DNA from: Patescibacteria group bacterium
GTDB lineage: Bacteria; Patescibacteriota; Minisyncoccia; Phycocordibacterales; UBA918
Assembly: GCA_019745315.1 (NCBI GenBank)
Contig: JAIETH010000002.1
Location: 98,306-162,305, forward strand
Reading direction: 5' to 3'
DNA: 64,000 nt
Shown: in pieces, positions 47,959-57,872 of the stretch
How positions within the stretch are numbered: the stretch's first letter is position 1
How the letters are laid out: every line of letters starts with the position of its first letter
Position numbers and translations under genes: made by a program
The notes under the pieces: model-generated
What the model saw: the letters and a program-made list of their open reading frames with translations, nothing else
Told to the model about the DNA's origin: nothing
Databases searched by the model: none

Positions 47959-48612
47959 TTAAGGTACAAGACCTGTACATCTTCGACAAATACCTCCTGC
48001 AGCTCTACATTGCGGCACATTATTTTCCGCACAACAAAGTACTGTGTTGGTGTCGCATGTCCTACATTCAGGAGTTCCGTCTGGAAATCTTCTCCCTGTA
48101 AAGTTTAGATTGCTTCCTGTGCAACCAGCGACGTCGCTCGTGGTCGCTGTCCCCCCAGTAGTCGCTCCAGGGCTTTGTGTTGCAATCGAAACCGGAGGTG
48201 CACCACGTAACGGATCAAGTTTTATCTCTCCTGAAATAGTCTCCAAAATGAGTACCGTGGAAAGTATTAAGAGAAGCCCCGCAAGAGACGCAGTTATGGT
48301 TGCTTTTGCCTCCCCCATCCCCCCATGATTCCCAGCCGAAGAGAGGTATTTGAAACCAGCAAAGCTAATTTGGAATACTGCAGCAAGTGCACCAATGGTT
48401 ATGGCAAGTCGGTACCCAGCATTTAAGAGGTTTACGAGTCTATCCTCATCTCGTCCACCTATGTCGGTGAGTCCTGGGATACCAGCGAGAGGTTGGAATT
48501 CTTGAGCAAAGGTATGGGTTGGGGCTATATATACAGAAAGAAGGAGGATAGCGAGAATATAAAAATACAGAAAAAAGAAAAGTCCTACTGAAGCTTTTTT
48601 ATTTCTAACCAT
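47959..48612 (-). CDS. VirB2/TrbC-like pilin with Cys-rich tail (copy 2)
   Basis: Signal ending TFA|Q, two hydrophobic helices (AGFKYLSSAG..AKATI..GLLLIL). Confidence 0.75.
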   Translation of the reverse strand: MVRNKKASVGLFFFLYFYILAILLLSVYIAPTHTFAQEFQPLAGIPGLTDIGGRDEDRLVNLLNAGYRLAITIGALAAVFQISFAGFKYLSSAGNHGGMGEAKATITASLAGLLLILSTVLILETISGEIKLDPLRGAPPVSIATQSPGATTGGTATTSDVAGCTGSNLNFTGRRFPDGTPECRTCDTNTVLCCAENNVPQCRAAGGICRRCTGLVP

Positions 48613-49450
48613 AATTAGTAGTCACAAAGAAATATCTTGCGTATCGTCATGTGTATCTATGATACCACTGGTTTCTGCGTGGATAAGTATATGTACACAA
48701 ACATTACTGGGTTAGATAACAGGTGCCACCTCTGGGATCATACCCCTCTCTACATTCAGTTTCTATAGTTCCGTACGAGTACAAAAGACATCCTGCTTGC
48801 CCTCCTCCGGGGGGTTGTACGAATTGATACCCGGATTCGCACTGCGCATCTCCAGAAGGTTCTGTAAGTAGTGGTACGCATCCAGAGTTACCCCACTGCA
48901 CATTGAGACTGCCATCACATCCAACTTCTATATATATAGGCTCAGGCTCACGTTCAGTGCTGGTTTCTATTGGGGGAGTCGTGTTCGGGGTGCAATTTGT
49001 TGACGATCCTTGTGATGCTCCAGGTTGACAGACTCTGCCGATCTCAGGATTTCCTGTTCCGCCTGTCAGTGCTCCACTCCCCCCAGTAGTCGCTCCAGGG
49101 CTTTGTGTTGCAATCGAAACCGGAGGTGCACCACGTAACGGATCAAGTTTTATCTCTCCTGAAATAGTCTCCAAAATGAGTACCGTGGAAAGTATTAAGA
49201 GAAGCCCCGCAAGAGACGCAGTTATGGTTGCTTTTGCCTCCCCCATCCCCCCATGATTCCCAGCCGAAGAGAGGTATTTGAAACCAGCAAAGCTAATTTG
49301 GAATACTGCAGCAAGTGCACCAATGGTTATGGCAAGTCGGTACCCAGCATTTAAGAGGTTTACGAGTCTATCCTCATCTCGTCCACCTATGTCGGTGAGT
49401 CCTGGGATACCAGCGAGAGGTTGGAATTCTTGAGCAAAGGTATGGGTTGG
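48150..49450. repeat. 373-bp exact direct repeat (48150-48522 and 49078-49450)
   Basis: Nucleotide sequence identical by eye; identical protein segment in both pilin ORFs. Confidence 0.92.
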
Positions 49451-49528
49451 TGTTCCGTGCAGAGAGAAAATAATATTCCCAAGAAGGATTGCGTGGGCAA
49501 GAAAGAACAATACTTTTGATCCTCGCAT
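48704..49528 (-). CDS. VirB2/TrbC-like pilin with Cys-rich tail (copy 1)
   Basis: Same pilin core as copy 2; different signal peptide and longer Cys-rich C-terminus. Confidence 0.75.
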   Translation of the reverse strand: MRGSKVLFFLAHAILLGNIIFSLHGTPTHTFAQEFQPLAGIPGLTDIGGRDEDRLVNLLNAGYRLAITIGALAAVFQISFAGFKYLSSAGNHGGMGEAKATITASLAGLLLILSTVLILETISGEIKLDPLRGAPPVSIATQSPGATTGGSGALTGGTGNPEIGRVCQPGASQGSSTNCTPNTTPPIETSTEREPEPIYIEVGCDGSLNVQWGNSGCVPLLTEPSGDAQCESGYQFVQPPGGGQAGCLLYSYGTIETECREGYDPRGGTCYLTQ

Positions 49529-49529
49529 A

Positions 49530-50504
49530 CTACTTAAAGTCCACCCTAAAGGTGTTTTCTGCATACTGAGAAAGCACTGCGAGATTGCGAAGAGAGAAAC
49601 CGATGGTCGATACTCCTCCAGATCCTGATTTCTGAAGTGTGATTACTTGAGGATCACTCGTTGTATTATTCACACGCCCACCGTCTATTGTCCAACCATA
49701 TTCTGCGTTGTTGTATACAGTCGAGTCTATTGAATACGGCTGCGCACGGAGAGTCACTTCGTTTGTTGTTTGATAGTAAGAATCTTGTATTGCATTTCTA
49801 GAGAGTCCTGTAAGTGGACTGTAGGTATAAAATTGTAACGAAGGCTCCTCGGTCTCAATATAAAATGTCTTTTCATAGGTAGCTGATCCGTCGCGAGATG
49901 TTGCTGACAGAAGTACTAACGGGCTTCCGAATATTGGCAAAACCAGATCAAGAACAGGTCGCCCGCCATTCTCAATTATTTTATCGTCTACATTCCAACT
50001 ATAAAGTACGTCAGAGGGAGGAACTGGGGTGCCATTTGCATAGAACATCCGCGGAGCTGCGGTAATGCGAGCACGTGTTCCAATACTCGGAGTTGCTCTT
50101 CCTTGGTAAAAATAAGGAGCCATACTGGTGCCCTCTGTAATAATGTCTATTTCTTGAGGAACTACTATAGTGGAGATCTTCCCTCCTCCGCGAGAAACTT
50201 CTATTTTCATAGGTTCACCGAAGGCCGGAGCTACAAGCACAATAGCCATCTGATTTTTTTTATCAGGTTGCAGTACGCCGTTTATATACCAGGAAATATC
50301 GCCGCTGCCCAAAGTACCACTGTAATCTCCTAGGCGAGCAGTGAAGTTTGCCCCAGCTGTCACATTTAAAGGAGACAGTTCAATTGCTGCTGCTTGTCCG
50401 CCAAGGCTAGTTGTTTGTGCTGAAGCTTGATTCCCCCCAAGTATCAAAAATGCACAAAAAATAAGACCTAGAAAAATAGAATGCGTAGTGTTAGATGAAA
50501 TCAT
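49530..50504 (-). CDS. Secreted Ig-like hypothetical protein (T4SS cluster)
   Basis: Signal peptide; ISWYING, PYFYQGR and YSWNVD beta-sandwich patterns. Confidence 0.6.
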   Translation of the reverse strand: MISSNTTHSIFLGLIFCAFLILGGNQASAQTTSLGGQAAAIELSPLNVTAGANFTARLGDYSGTLGSGDISWYINGVLQPDKKNQMAIVLVAPAFGEPMKIEVSRGGGKISTIVVPQEIDIITEGTSMAPYFYQGRATPSIGTRARITAAPRMFYANGTPVPPSDVLYSWNVDDKIIENGGRPVLDLVLPIFGSPLVLLSATSRDGSATYEKTFYIETEEPSLQFYTYSPLTGLSRNAIQDSYYQTTNEVTLRAQPYSIDSTVYNNAEYGWTIDGGRVNNTTSDPQVITLQKSGSGGVSTIGFSLRNLAVLSQYAENTFRVDFK

Positions 50505-50935
50505 GCGTTATTTAAAGATGCTCTGCGGGCAACAATTTCAGATCGTCGTATACGTTGCTGACGTCTCATTTCTTGCTGAGCTTCTTCTAGTCTAGCATTT
50601 TGTTGTGCTCTCTCCTTGTCTTCAAGGCGAGAAGTGTGAATGACTCGCCATGTCCACCACGTAAGAGAAGGCATAAATTGCCCTGCAAGCGGTGTAAATT
50701 CAGATATAAAAACCACAAAAATGCTTTTAGTAGTAAAAGGTGTTACGTTGCTTATCATAAAGATAAAGCTATAGACAACGAGTATAAAAATTGTAAGGGC
50801 AAAGCTGAGCGCAATGGCAACTATCGAAAATACAAGGGTAAAAAAAAGAAATCCAAGTAGTACTTGAATTCCGTCACAAATTATAGCGAACAACAGTAAT
50901 CCAAATCGTGTTGTGTCTGAAATGCGGTGTTCCAC
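50501..50935 (-). CDS. Membrane protein (T4SS cluster)
   Basis: Two or three TM segments; EFTPLAGQFMP; overlaps the neighbouring gene by 4 nt. Confidence 0.6.
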   Translation of the reverse strand: MEHRISDTTRFGLLLFAIICDGIQVLLGFLFFTLVFSIVAIALSFALTIFILVVYSFIFMISNVTPFTTKSIFVVFISEFTPLAGQFMPSLTWWTWRVIHTSRLEDKERAQQNARLEEAQQEMRRQQRIRRSEIVARRASLNNA

Positions 50936-50941
50936 AAAATA

Positions 50942-52756
50942 CTATTGAGTAGCGTTTAATTCCTCGCGGGCTTTTTTGATCTGCAAAAGTTGTGATGGAT
51001 CAGATGTTATGATCTGGTCTTCAGTATAGGACGCTATGATTTTAATAGCGACATGTTTAAGTCCCGCAAAGAAAATTCCTTCCCCTACTCCCGACTCGAG
51101 AAGAAGGAATTTTTCTTCGTCGGTGAGGTTAAATGCTTTTTGGAGACTATCAATCGTTGTTGGAGATTGCTTCATTAAGAGCTGTATGGAAGAGTTTGTG
51201 AGCATTGGAACTCCATATGGAGAGTTAAGAAAGTCGTTTACATCTTGAGTGATGGTTGCAAGTCCCAAATAGTACTTACGGCCACGTTTCGCAATACCAA
51301 AAAGGAATGACGCAGTATCTTCTGACTTCATCATCCACCACGCTTCATCTATCACAAGAAGTCGCTTCTTAAGTGTGCGGCGTACTGCGCTCCAGATATG
51401 GTGCGTAATCATGTACATAGCAATGGTTTTCAATTCCTCCTCCATGTCGCGAAGTGAAAACACGATAAAGTGCTCATTAATATCAACATTTGTTGGACGA
51501 TTCATGAAGCCTTCCCATGTACCTCGTGTGTATTTAGAGAGGCGCTGTACCAACGACTCGCTTCCCTCCATGCCAGAAAGTATCATTTCAAGATCTGAAA
51601 GAAGTGGTGGCTCCATGCCACTAAAGTCACTGTGCTGGGTTATGTCCTTAAGGGCATATGTCTCAGTGATAGCCCTATCGATGATTGCGTCCTCGTCAGG
51701 AGTGAGGCCGGAAAGCATAAGTCTAAAGAGACCCACAAGATTTATGATATGAGAGCGTAACACCTCCTCTGGTGTTTCGTCTGCAAGAAGTTCAGGCAGG
51801 TCAAAGGGGTTGATGTGGTGAGGTGACGAAAGTGAGATATTGAAGAAGCGCCCCCCTGTCGCTTCTGCGAGGTATTCGTATTCATGCTCAGGGTCTATGA
51901 CGATCACTTCCGTACCAAACATAAGCGAGCGAAGGATTTCGAGCTTTGCGGCGTACGACTTACCTGATCCAGACGTTGCAAATGTTACTGAGTTGTAGTT
52001 TTCAAGAGAGAATCTATCAAAGAGTACGAGAGAAGAGTTGTGTCTATTGATACCGTAGAGAATCCCTGTATCAGCGGTAAGGTCAAATGAGGTAAAGGGG
52101 AAAAAGCTTGAAAGAGGCTCCGAGTTGAACTTCGAGTTCACAGAAAGCTCGTCGTTTCCTATTGGTATAGACGAGCGAAACCCTTCTTCTTGTTGAAAGA
52201 GAGCTGGTTTAAGGTAGATCAGGCGTGAGTCAAGAATTGATCGAACATCAGACTCCGTCTTGTCCAACTCTTCTTCGTTCATTCCGTAGATGGTGATATA
52301 GAGACCTACATCAAAAAGCCTCTCTTCAGCTTGTTGGAGTTTATCGCGGAGAGCTTCAAGGTTTTGATACGCAGCTTCGAGCTGCGGATCTCGCACAAAC
52401 CCCTTCTCTTCCCTCGTGCTCATCTGGCTTTGAACCTCAGCAACCTTTTTTCTGAAGCTCTTAAGGACATCATTTGTATCCATTGGGTGCACAAAAATGG
52501 ATACATCAAAAACTTTTTCCAAGTTAAGTATTGGTTCAAGCCATCCCTCACTCAGATAGCGAGGATATGCAACAACAAAAAAAGATCGAGCAAGGCGGCC
52601 GCTGACATTGATCTGACGAGGTGTTACCCCTATCGCCGAGGGGGCTATAACATCCTTAAGGTCAAGCGAGCTGGCATCATAAATCTCCTGAGGGAGCGCT
52701 CCTTCAGCGTCTTGTCCTTTTTTCTTTTGTATAAAGTCAAATAATCCCATGCTCAC
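50942..52756 (-). CDS. VirB4/TraC-like ATPase
   Basis: ATSGSGKS (Walker A), IDPEHEY, INPFD, VIDEAW, RKY and TQD motifs. Confidence 0.9.
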   Translation of the reverse strand: MSMGLFDFIQKKKGQDAEGALPQEIYDASSLDLKDVIAPSAIGVTPRQINVSGRLARSFFVVAYPRYLSEGWLEPILNLEKVFDVSIFVHPMDTNDVLKSFRKKVAEVQSQMSTREEKGFVRDPQLEAAYQNLEALRDKLQQAEERLFDVGLYITIYGMNEEELDKTESDVRSILDSRLIYLKPALFQQEEGFRSSIPIGNDELSVNSKFNSEPLSSFFPFTSFDLTADTGILYGINRHNSSLVLFDRFSLENYNSVTFATSGSGKSYAAKLEILRSLMFGTEVIVIDPEHEYEYLAEATGGRFFNISLSSPHHINPFDLPELLADETPEEVLRSHIINLVGLFRLMLSGLTPDEDAIIDRAITETYALKDITQHSDFSGMEPPLLSDLEMILSGMEGSESLVQRLSKYTRGTWEGFMNRPTNVDINEHFIVFSLRDMEEELKTIAMYMITHHIWSAVRRTLKKRLLVIDEAWWMMKSEDTASFLFGIAKRGRKYYLGLATITQDVNDFLNSPYGVPMLTNSSIQLLMKQSPTTIDSLQKAFNLTDEEKFLLLESGVGEGIFFAGLKHVAIKIIASYTEDQIITSDPSQLLQIKKAREELNATQ

Positions 52757-52762
52757 TGTTTG

Positions 52763-53386
52763 TTATTGTGGCGGCAGTGCCTTCTTCCCTTCGTTAGGAT
52801 TAAATATGTGATAAAAGAGGTCAACAACTTCATTTGTTCCAAGGGTGACTGTTCGTACTCCAACGCGCGCAAGTCCCTGCTCCACCACTGCGATGCGTTG
52901 TTCGAGCTGAGAACGATCCTCCTCAAATGCATCGTCAGGCAAGACATTCTTTTTTTTGGAATTTCCAAAGAGTGACTTCAATCCTTTCGACACATCAACT
53001 TTTGCGGGAACATACGAAACAATGACAAAAAAGCTCTTTGTCATAATATCAGTATCATGAGCAAATGATCGAATAAAACCGATGTATTCTCGCAACTGTA
53101 CCTTCATGAGATCGTTCTTTTGTCCGGCTTCGCGCGAAGCAAGGAGTTCGAGATAGGGATTGATATCAAGCTCTCGTGATTGTACGTAGAATTGTACTGA
53201 AAAATCGAGGGTGTTGAGGAAGTTTTGAAATTGACTGAGTATCGCCTGTTGCTCATCACTTGATTTAAGCGCAAAGTTAATTGAAGAAGCCATAAGAACA
53301 GCACGCAGGCTCCCATCCTTAAGAACCACGACCCCGTCACGGATCTCCTCAAGTGGTACAAATGATTGGGTTGGGTCAGTCGCCAT
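52763..53386 (-). CDS. VirB4 N-terminal-like/TraC-associated protein
   Basis: TQSFVPLEEIRDGVVVLKDG and SINFALKSSDEQ; lies between PrgI and VirB4. Confidence 0.65.
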   Translation of the reverse strand: MATDPTQSFVPLEEIRDGVVVLKDGSLRAVLMASSINFALKSSDEQQAILSQFQNFLNTLDFSVQFYVQSRELDINPYLELLASREAGQKNDLMKVQLREYIGFIRSFAHDTDIMTKSFFVIVSYVPAKVDVSKGLKSLFGNSKKKNVLPDDAFEEDRSQLEQRIAVVEQGLARVGVRTVTLGTNEVVDLFYHIFNPNEGKKALPPQ

Positions 53387-53389
53387 ATA

Positions 53390-53785
53390 CTATCGTTTGT
53401 TTTGTAGGGCATTAATTTCAAGCTTACGCGCCATAGATGCAAGGCTGCTTGAGCTCGGAGGAACATAGCTTTGTGTGGCTGCGCCCTCTTTCTTCACTAT
53501 CTTTTTACTCTCTTTTCTCCACAGGTACAGTTTTGAGTGCATGAGATATCCAACAAATGATTCGAGGGTATTCACAAAGGGGCGCTCATTGTATCTATAG
53601 AATGCGAGCGCAACGGCGAGTGCCGCTATAGGTGTTCCGAATATAATGACAAATATAAATGGCAAAAAAGTGTAGAGAATAAAGAGTGAGCCCGCTCCTC
53701 CCACAAGATAAATAAATTGCTTCCACGTAAAGGGGCCAAAAATTTTATCTTCAATCTCGATAAATTGAGGGACTTCAAAACGCAT
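53390..53785 (-). CDS. PrgI-family (VirB3-like) protein
   Basis: VPQFIEIEDKIFGPFTWKQF, two TM segments, NERPF. Confidence 0.85.
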   Translation of the reverse strand: MRFEVPQFIEIEDKIFGPFTWKQFIYLVGGAGSLFILYTFLPFIFVIIFGTPIAALAVALAFYRYNERPFVNTLESFVGYLMHSKLYLWRKESKKIVKKEGAATQSYVPPSSSSLASMARKLEINALQNKR

Positions 53786-53832
53786 ACACGTATTATACAT
53801 GTGACGAGCGTATAGTTACGCACAGTGCTGTA

Positions 53833-54360
53833 TTACTCAGGCTTTTCTCTGTAGGGATCCTCAGTGTACTGAGGCATATTCGTCAGAGGTTTTGTGTATG
53901 ACGGAGGTTGGTATTGGGGAGTTGCTAAAGGTGAGGCTGATACGGGAGTGGCTTCTTCGATCAAGCGTTTTTGAAACACAGGCGTTGATTTTGCTACAGG
54001 CATGGTCTCCTTTGGAAGACTTGCTTCATGCACCTTTCTTTCATTCCATGCCTGCTTCATCTCTTCTCGCGCTTCCACAAAAATCGTTGTATCAATATCG
54101 CGTGCGATACTTGTAGCAACTGAGCCTGGGATGAGTAATTCTTCCATGATACGTTCCTCAAAACGATTACTGTCTTCAAAAGTGAGAAGTGTTAAGGTAA
54201 CCATTTCTCGAAGAATGCCAGCTTTGTCTTCAGGTAAGCGATGTTTTTCTGCAACAATCTGCACCGAAGAAGCAAGAGAGGGACGCATGATCAGGTTCTG
54301 CAGTTTTTCCGGCAGGCTCTCGAAACGTTCTCGTAATAGTGTAATAAATTGAGGATCCAT
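53833..54360 (-). CDS. Hypothetical protein
   Basis: Helical N-terminal domain; C-terminal DPYREKPE. Confidence 0.6.
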   Translation of the reverse strand: MDPQFITLLRERFESLPEKLQNLIMRPSLASSVQIVAEKHRLPEDKAGILREMVTLTLLTFEDSNRFEERIMEELLIPGSVATSIARDIDTTIFVEAREEMKQAWNERKVHEASLPKETMPVAKSTPVFQKRLIEEATPVSASPLATPQYQPPSYTKPLTNMPQYTEDPYREKPE

Positions 54361-54380
54361 ATACTTTCTATGTCTTTAAT

Positions 54381-56288
54381 TTAATGATGGTCTCCACCCC
54401 CGCCACCATGTCCACCACCTCCGTGATCATCTCCGTGACCGCCGCCAGCATCAGGCTTGTGATCATCTTTTGGTTTTGATTCTCCACCCCCACCTCCTTT
54501 TTCCTTAGCTTTCTTTTCGGGTGGTTTATATTCTTCGCCCTTTTTAGCACTCTTTTTTTGCTTCTCAATATCATCTTTAATTGCTTTTTCAATAGCTCCC
54601 CCTTCTTTTTTATCATGCCCCGCTACGAGTCGACTGAACCAACTTCTGTCTTTTACTATCTGTGCGTATGAAGCTTGATTGGCGGTTTCTTTCTTTGCGA
54701 TTTCAGCCCGCTTGTCTGAAGAGCTTTCTTTATAATATTCCATCTCCATCTTTGCCTTCTCTGCCGCTTCTTTGTTTTTCTCTCTATTTGCTTCTTTGAG
54801 CTTTTCCTCTGCGGCATGAAGTGCGTCTGTGTCTTTTTTGAGAGCAGCTTTTTCAGCTTCTATTTCAGGAGTATCCTTCACATTAAGTGATCGAGCATAA
54901 TCCGCTTCGTCTTGTTTTTTACCTTTCAGCCAAGATTCGTAGTTTTCTTTTGAAGCTTTGCCTACGTCAAGATCCATTCCTTTTGTAAATTTACCGACGA
55001 GCCCATTAGCGCGAGCATCAAAAGAGCTTTTCTGTACCGATGTAATTCCTCCTGCGCCTACCCGAGCAAGTCCTCGGGTTATAGCCCAACTATTTTTGTT
55101 TGCTTGAACGCTCTTCAGGCCAGCAAGTCTTTTTTGAACAGCCTCACTATTGGCTGCTCGACCGATGGTCATTCTGCCCATATATCCGGTTGCTCCAAGA
55201 CTCGCTCCTACAGCTTTTCCTGCCCACCCCATCATTTTTGTGGTTTGAGACGCTCCTGCTGTGCTCATCTGTTTTGCCATTTTTGTTGTGCCTACTATCA
55301 GCACCATTGCAACAATGTAAAACATGAGAGTAGCGAGCGCAGCACTTTTGTCTCCCGGCAAGAAAAGTCCTCGTAGATTACCACTTTGTCCGTAGGGGGT
55401 GCCTTGAAGTATTAGCAAAGAAATATAGAGACCAAAAAGGTATATAGGGGCAAGAAATGCTTGGCTTGTGAGAGTAGACCACCACTGTTTTTTGTATTTA
55501 CCAAGCATAGGAACTTCACTTGGTAGAAATGCAATTGGAGACGTGATCATAAGTATAATAAGCATTGCAAATCGAGTGATGAGAAGAAAGGCCCCAAGTC
55601 CAAATGCTATTGCAAGAAGAAACATGAGGATACTACCTCCTACGGTGTATACAACTGCGTATGCGATACCTCCGCCATTTGGCTGCATAAATTGACTGAG
55701 CGCAGCTCTCTGCCCCGCACTATCTCCGCCTGCTTGAATAGACATGATGCCCATGCGAGCCATAAAAGCATCACTTATACCTCGCCCTTCTGCGCGACTC
55801 GCTGCATCAGATACCATTTTTTTATATACCGAGTCAGCAACAATATTAGAGACATCAATAATTGCTTTGGTAAAGAAGAGGCTAAAGTTTACGAGGAGCG
55901 CTGCGACAATAACTGAGGCGAGTCCTTTTTTAAGCCCCCCCATGCTGCCATGTACAATGGTCATAATACCTATGTATATAAGAGAGAAAACAAAAGTAAG
56001 GTTAACGATATCTCTAAACACAGACCATAATTGATCGATAGAAGATCCAAAGCCTTGCGTGCGAACCATTCCACCCATACCGATCACAAGTTGTGTTACG
56101 GCAAGGTTAAGGAGCCACCCCATAACACCCAAGAACCAGCCAAAAAGACTCAAGATTCCTACAAGAAGCCACATCACAACATCACCGACTGCGTCAGTGA
56201 TTCCCCAGAATGCAGAAGCTTCGTGGGGAATACCAAAAAGTCCAATGAGTACAAGTGCTGCTGTGCTGTAAAAAGTAACGCGTTTCAT
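54381..56288 (-). CDS. VirB6-like polytopic membrane protein
   Basis: WSVFRDIVN, ALLVNFSLF..IID.SN, R...L..L...SPIAF and WW motifs. Confidence 0.75.
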   Translation of the reverse strand: MKRVTFYSTAALVLIGLFGIPHEASAFWGITDAVGDVVMWLLVGILSLFGWFLGVMGWLLNLAVTQLVIGMGGMVRTQGFGSSIDQLWSVFRDIVNLTFVFSLIYIGIMTIVHGSMGGLKKGLASVIVAALLVNFSLFFTKAIIDVSNIVADSVYKKMVSDAASRAEGRGISDAFMARMGIMSIQAGGDSAGQRAALSQFMQPNGGGIAYAVVYTVGGSILMFLLAIAFGLGAFLLITRFAMLIILMITSPIAFLPSEVPMLGKYKKQWWSTLTSQAFLAPIYLFGLYISLLILQGTPYGQSGNLRGLFLPGDKSAALATLMFYIVAMVLIVGTTKMAKQMSTAGASQTTKMMGWAGKAVGASLGATGYMGRMTIGRAANSEAVQKRLAGLKSVQANKNSWAITRGLARVGAGGITSVQKSSFDARANGLVGKFTKGMDLDVGKASKENYESWLKGKKQDEADYARSLNVKDTPEIEAEKAALKKDTDALHAAEEKLKEANREKNKEAAEKAKMEMEYYKESSSDKRAEIAKKETANQASYAQIVKDRSWFSRLVAGHDKKEGGAIEKAIKDDIEKQKKSAKKGEEYKPPEKKAKEKGGGGGESKPKDDHKPDAGGGHGDDHGGGGHGGGGGDHH

Positions 56289-56294
56289 GTGTCT

Positions 56295-57872
56295 TTAGTC
56301 GCCACCTCCTCCACCATCATTATTGCCACGTGATCTTCGTGGGCACGGTTGAATCTCTGACGCCAATGCTTCAATGGTGGGTATTTTTTGATCCACCTCA
56401 AATTTGATGCCTGAATTTGTAATTGAAGTGTGTAGTGTTCCGGAAGACAGTATGGTTCCAAATTTCGTATACGACGAAAGCTTTTCTTCTTCAGATCCTT
56501 CATCTACCTTCTTTTGAAGCACCACAAGTTCCTCTACCGTTTTTTCTGATGCGACAATAGCAGAAAGAGCGATATCTTTTTCATCTTGGGCTTTTTTAAT
56601 CACCATATCATTTATGGTACACACTATAACTTCTTCTCCTTCAAGAATATCTTCTTCTGATGCAGCCGCTTCATCTTTTGCTTTTGTGATAATTGCGTCA
56701 GCAGCATTAACAATGCGTCGCTGTATTGCTTGGTATGTTTTTTCATCACTTATTGCAACAGCTATGGATCCTGCACCTGAGTAACCAACTGTGCCGCCGC
56801 TGCTGTACCCAGGATTACAGCCTTCAGTATTGATCTGTTCTATGTAGGTAAGTGAGTTACACAAATCGCTATTGCCCGCGCTTCCATCAAATCGCGAGGA
56901 GCTGTAGGTGTTGCTACTCCCCGTCAAAAGTCCTCGCGCCGCGGTAAGTCCTTGTTTAAGTGCTTGTCCAAGCAATGCTCCTATGATTTCGTTAATTTCG
57001 TCAGCCTCCAGAAGGGCTCGTTCTGTACCTTGGACAGTAAAGGAGAGTGACTGTGCGATAGTATCTCCCGGGGTTACGGTACGACATTTTTTAGGAGTTG
57101 CTTCGATCGGTGCGCCACTTTGTGTAGGTCCTTGTTGTGCGCCGCCAGTACATACTTCCCTACTTAAGAAGCCTCTTCCCCAATTTGCTTGGGTTTGGGC
57201 TCTTCCTTGGCTGCTAGAAATACTCGCTTGAAGTTGGATCGAACCAAAGACCCCCGACCCCATGGTTGAATTGATTGGACTTGTATTGATATCAAGCCAT
57301 GCTGGCCAGCCTCCAGCCATAAAGTTTCCTTGGATAAAGCGATCAACGTTTCCGACTGCGCCGCTCAATGTACACTGGACAGGTTTTCTGTTTCGTGAAT
57401 TTTGATATGCAAGATTGAGGCTAATACGAAGGTTGATAGGGCTACAAAGAAAGGCAAGATCGCTTCCATAAAGCACCTCTCCTGCTGCTTCGTCTGCAAT
57501 ATTGAGCATAAACGCCTGTGGATCCGTCATAAACATCGGACTTCCCTGGAATCCGCTATTGATCCAGCTTACTGTGCTTCGCGCCATCTCGGTTGCCACT
57601 CTTTTGGCAAGGAAGAATGCGACGCCATCAAGTGTCCACTCTTTTAAGTTCATTGCACTGAGCATTGAGGCGTTTATGCTTGTGCCGGCTGCGGTAATTG
57701 TATCTTGAAGCCATGACCCCCAGCTTTGAGGTGTGGCGTCAGCGACAACCTCTACAGGTATGGCGTGTGTTGTTTGAGGATTAATCGTTAATACTGAAGA
57801 GGCGAAAAGTATTGCCAAAAAGAAAGAGGCGAAAGTCTTGTTCTTTAAAAATAGAATATTTGAAAATTTCAT
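56295..57872 (-). CDS. Secreted hypothetical protein (T4SS cluster)
   Basis: Signal peptide; WINSGFQGSPMF, LCSP, GGW and TPG motifs. Confidence 0.6.
   Translation of the reverse strand: MKFSNILFLKNKTFASFFLAILFASSVLTINPQTTHAIPVEVVADATPQSWGSWLQDTITAAGTSINASMLSAMNLKEWTLDGVAFFLAKRVATEMARSTVSWINSGFQGSPMFMTDPQAFMLNIADEAAGEVLYGSDLAFLCSPINLRISLNLAYQNSRNRKPVQCTLSGAVGNVDRFIQGNFMAGGWPAWLDINTSPINSTMGSGVFGSIQLQASISSSQGRAQTQANWGRGFLSREVCTGGAQQGPTQSGAPIEATPKKCRTVTPGDTIAQSLSFTVQGTERALLEADEINEIIGALLGQALKQGLTAARGLLTGSSNTYSSSRFDGSAGNSDLCNSLTYIEQINTEGCNPGYSSGGTVGYSGAGSIAVAISDEKTYQAIQRRIVNAADAIITKAKDEAAASEEDILEGEEVIVCTINDMVIKKAQDEKDIALSAIVASEKTVEELVVLQKKVDEGSEEEKLSSYTKFGTILSSGTLHTSITNSGIKFEVDQKIPTIEALASEIQPCPRRSRGNNDGGGGGD

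Noticed and set aside
47959-49528. Diversity-generating retroelement TR/VR pair
   Set aside because: The repeats look identical with no adenine-specific mismatches, and there is no reverse transcriptase in the window.
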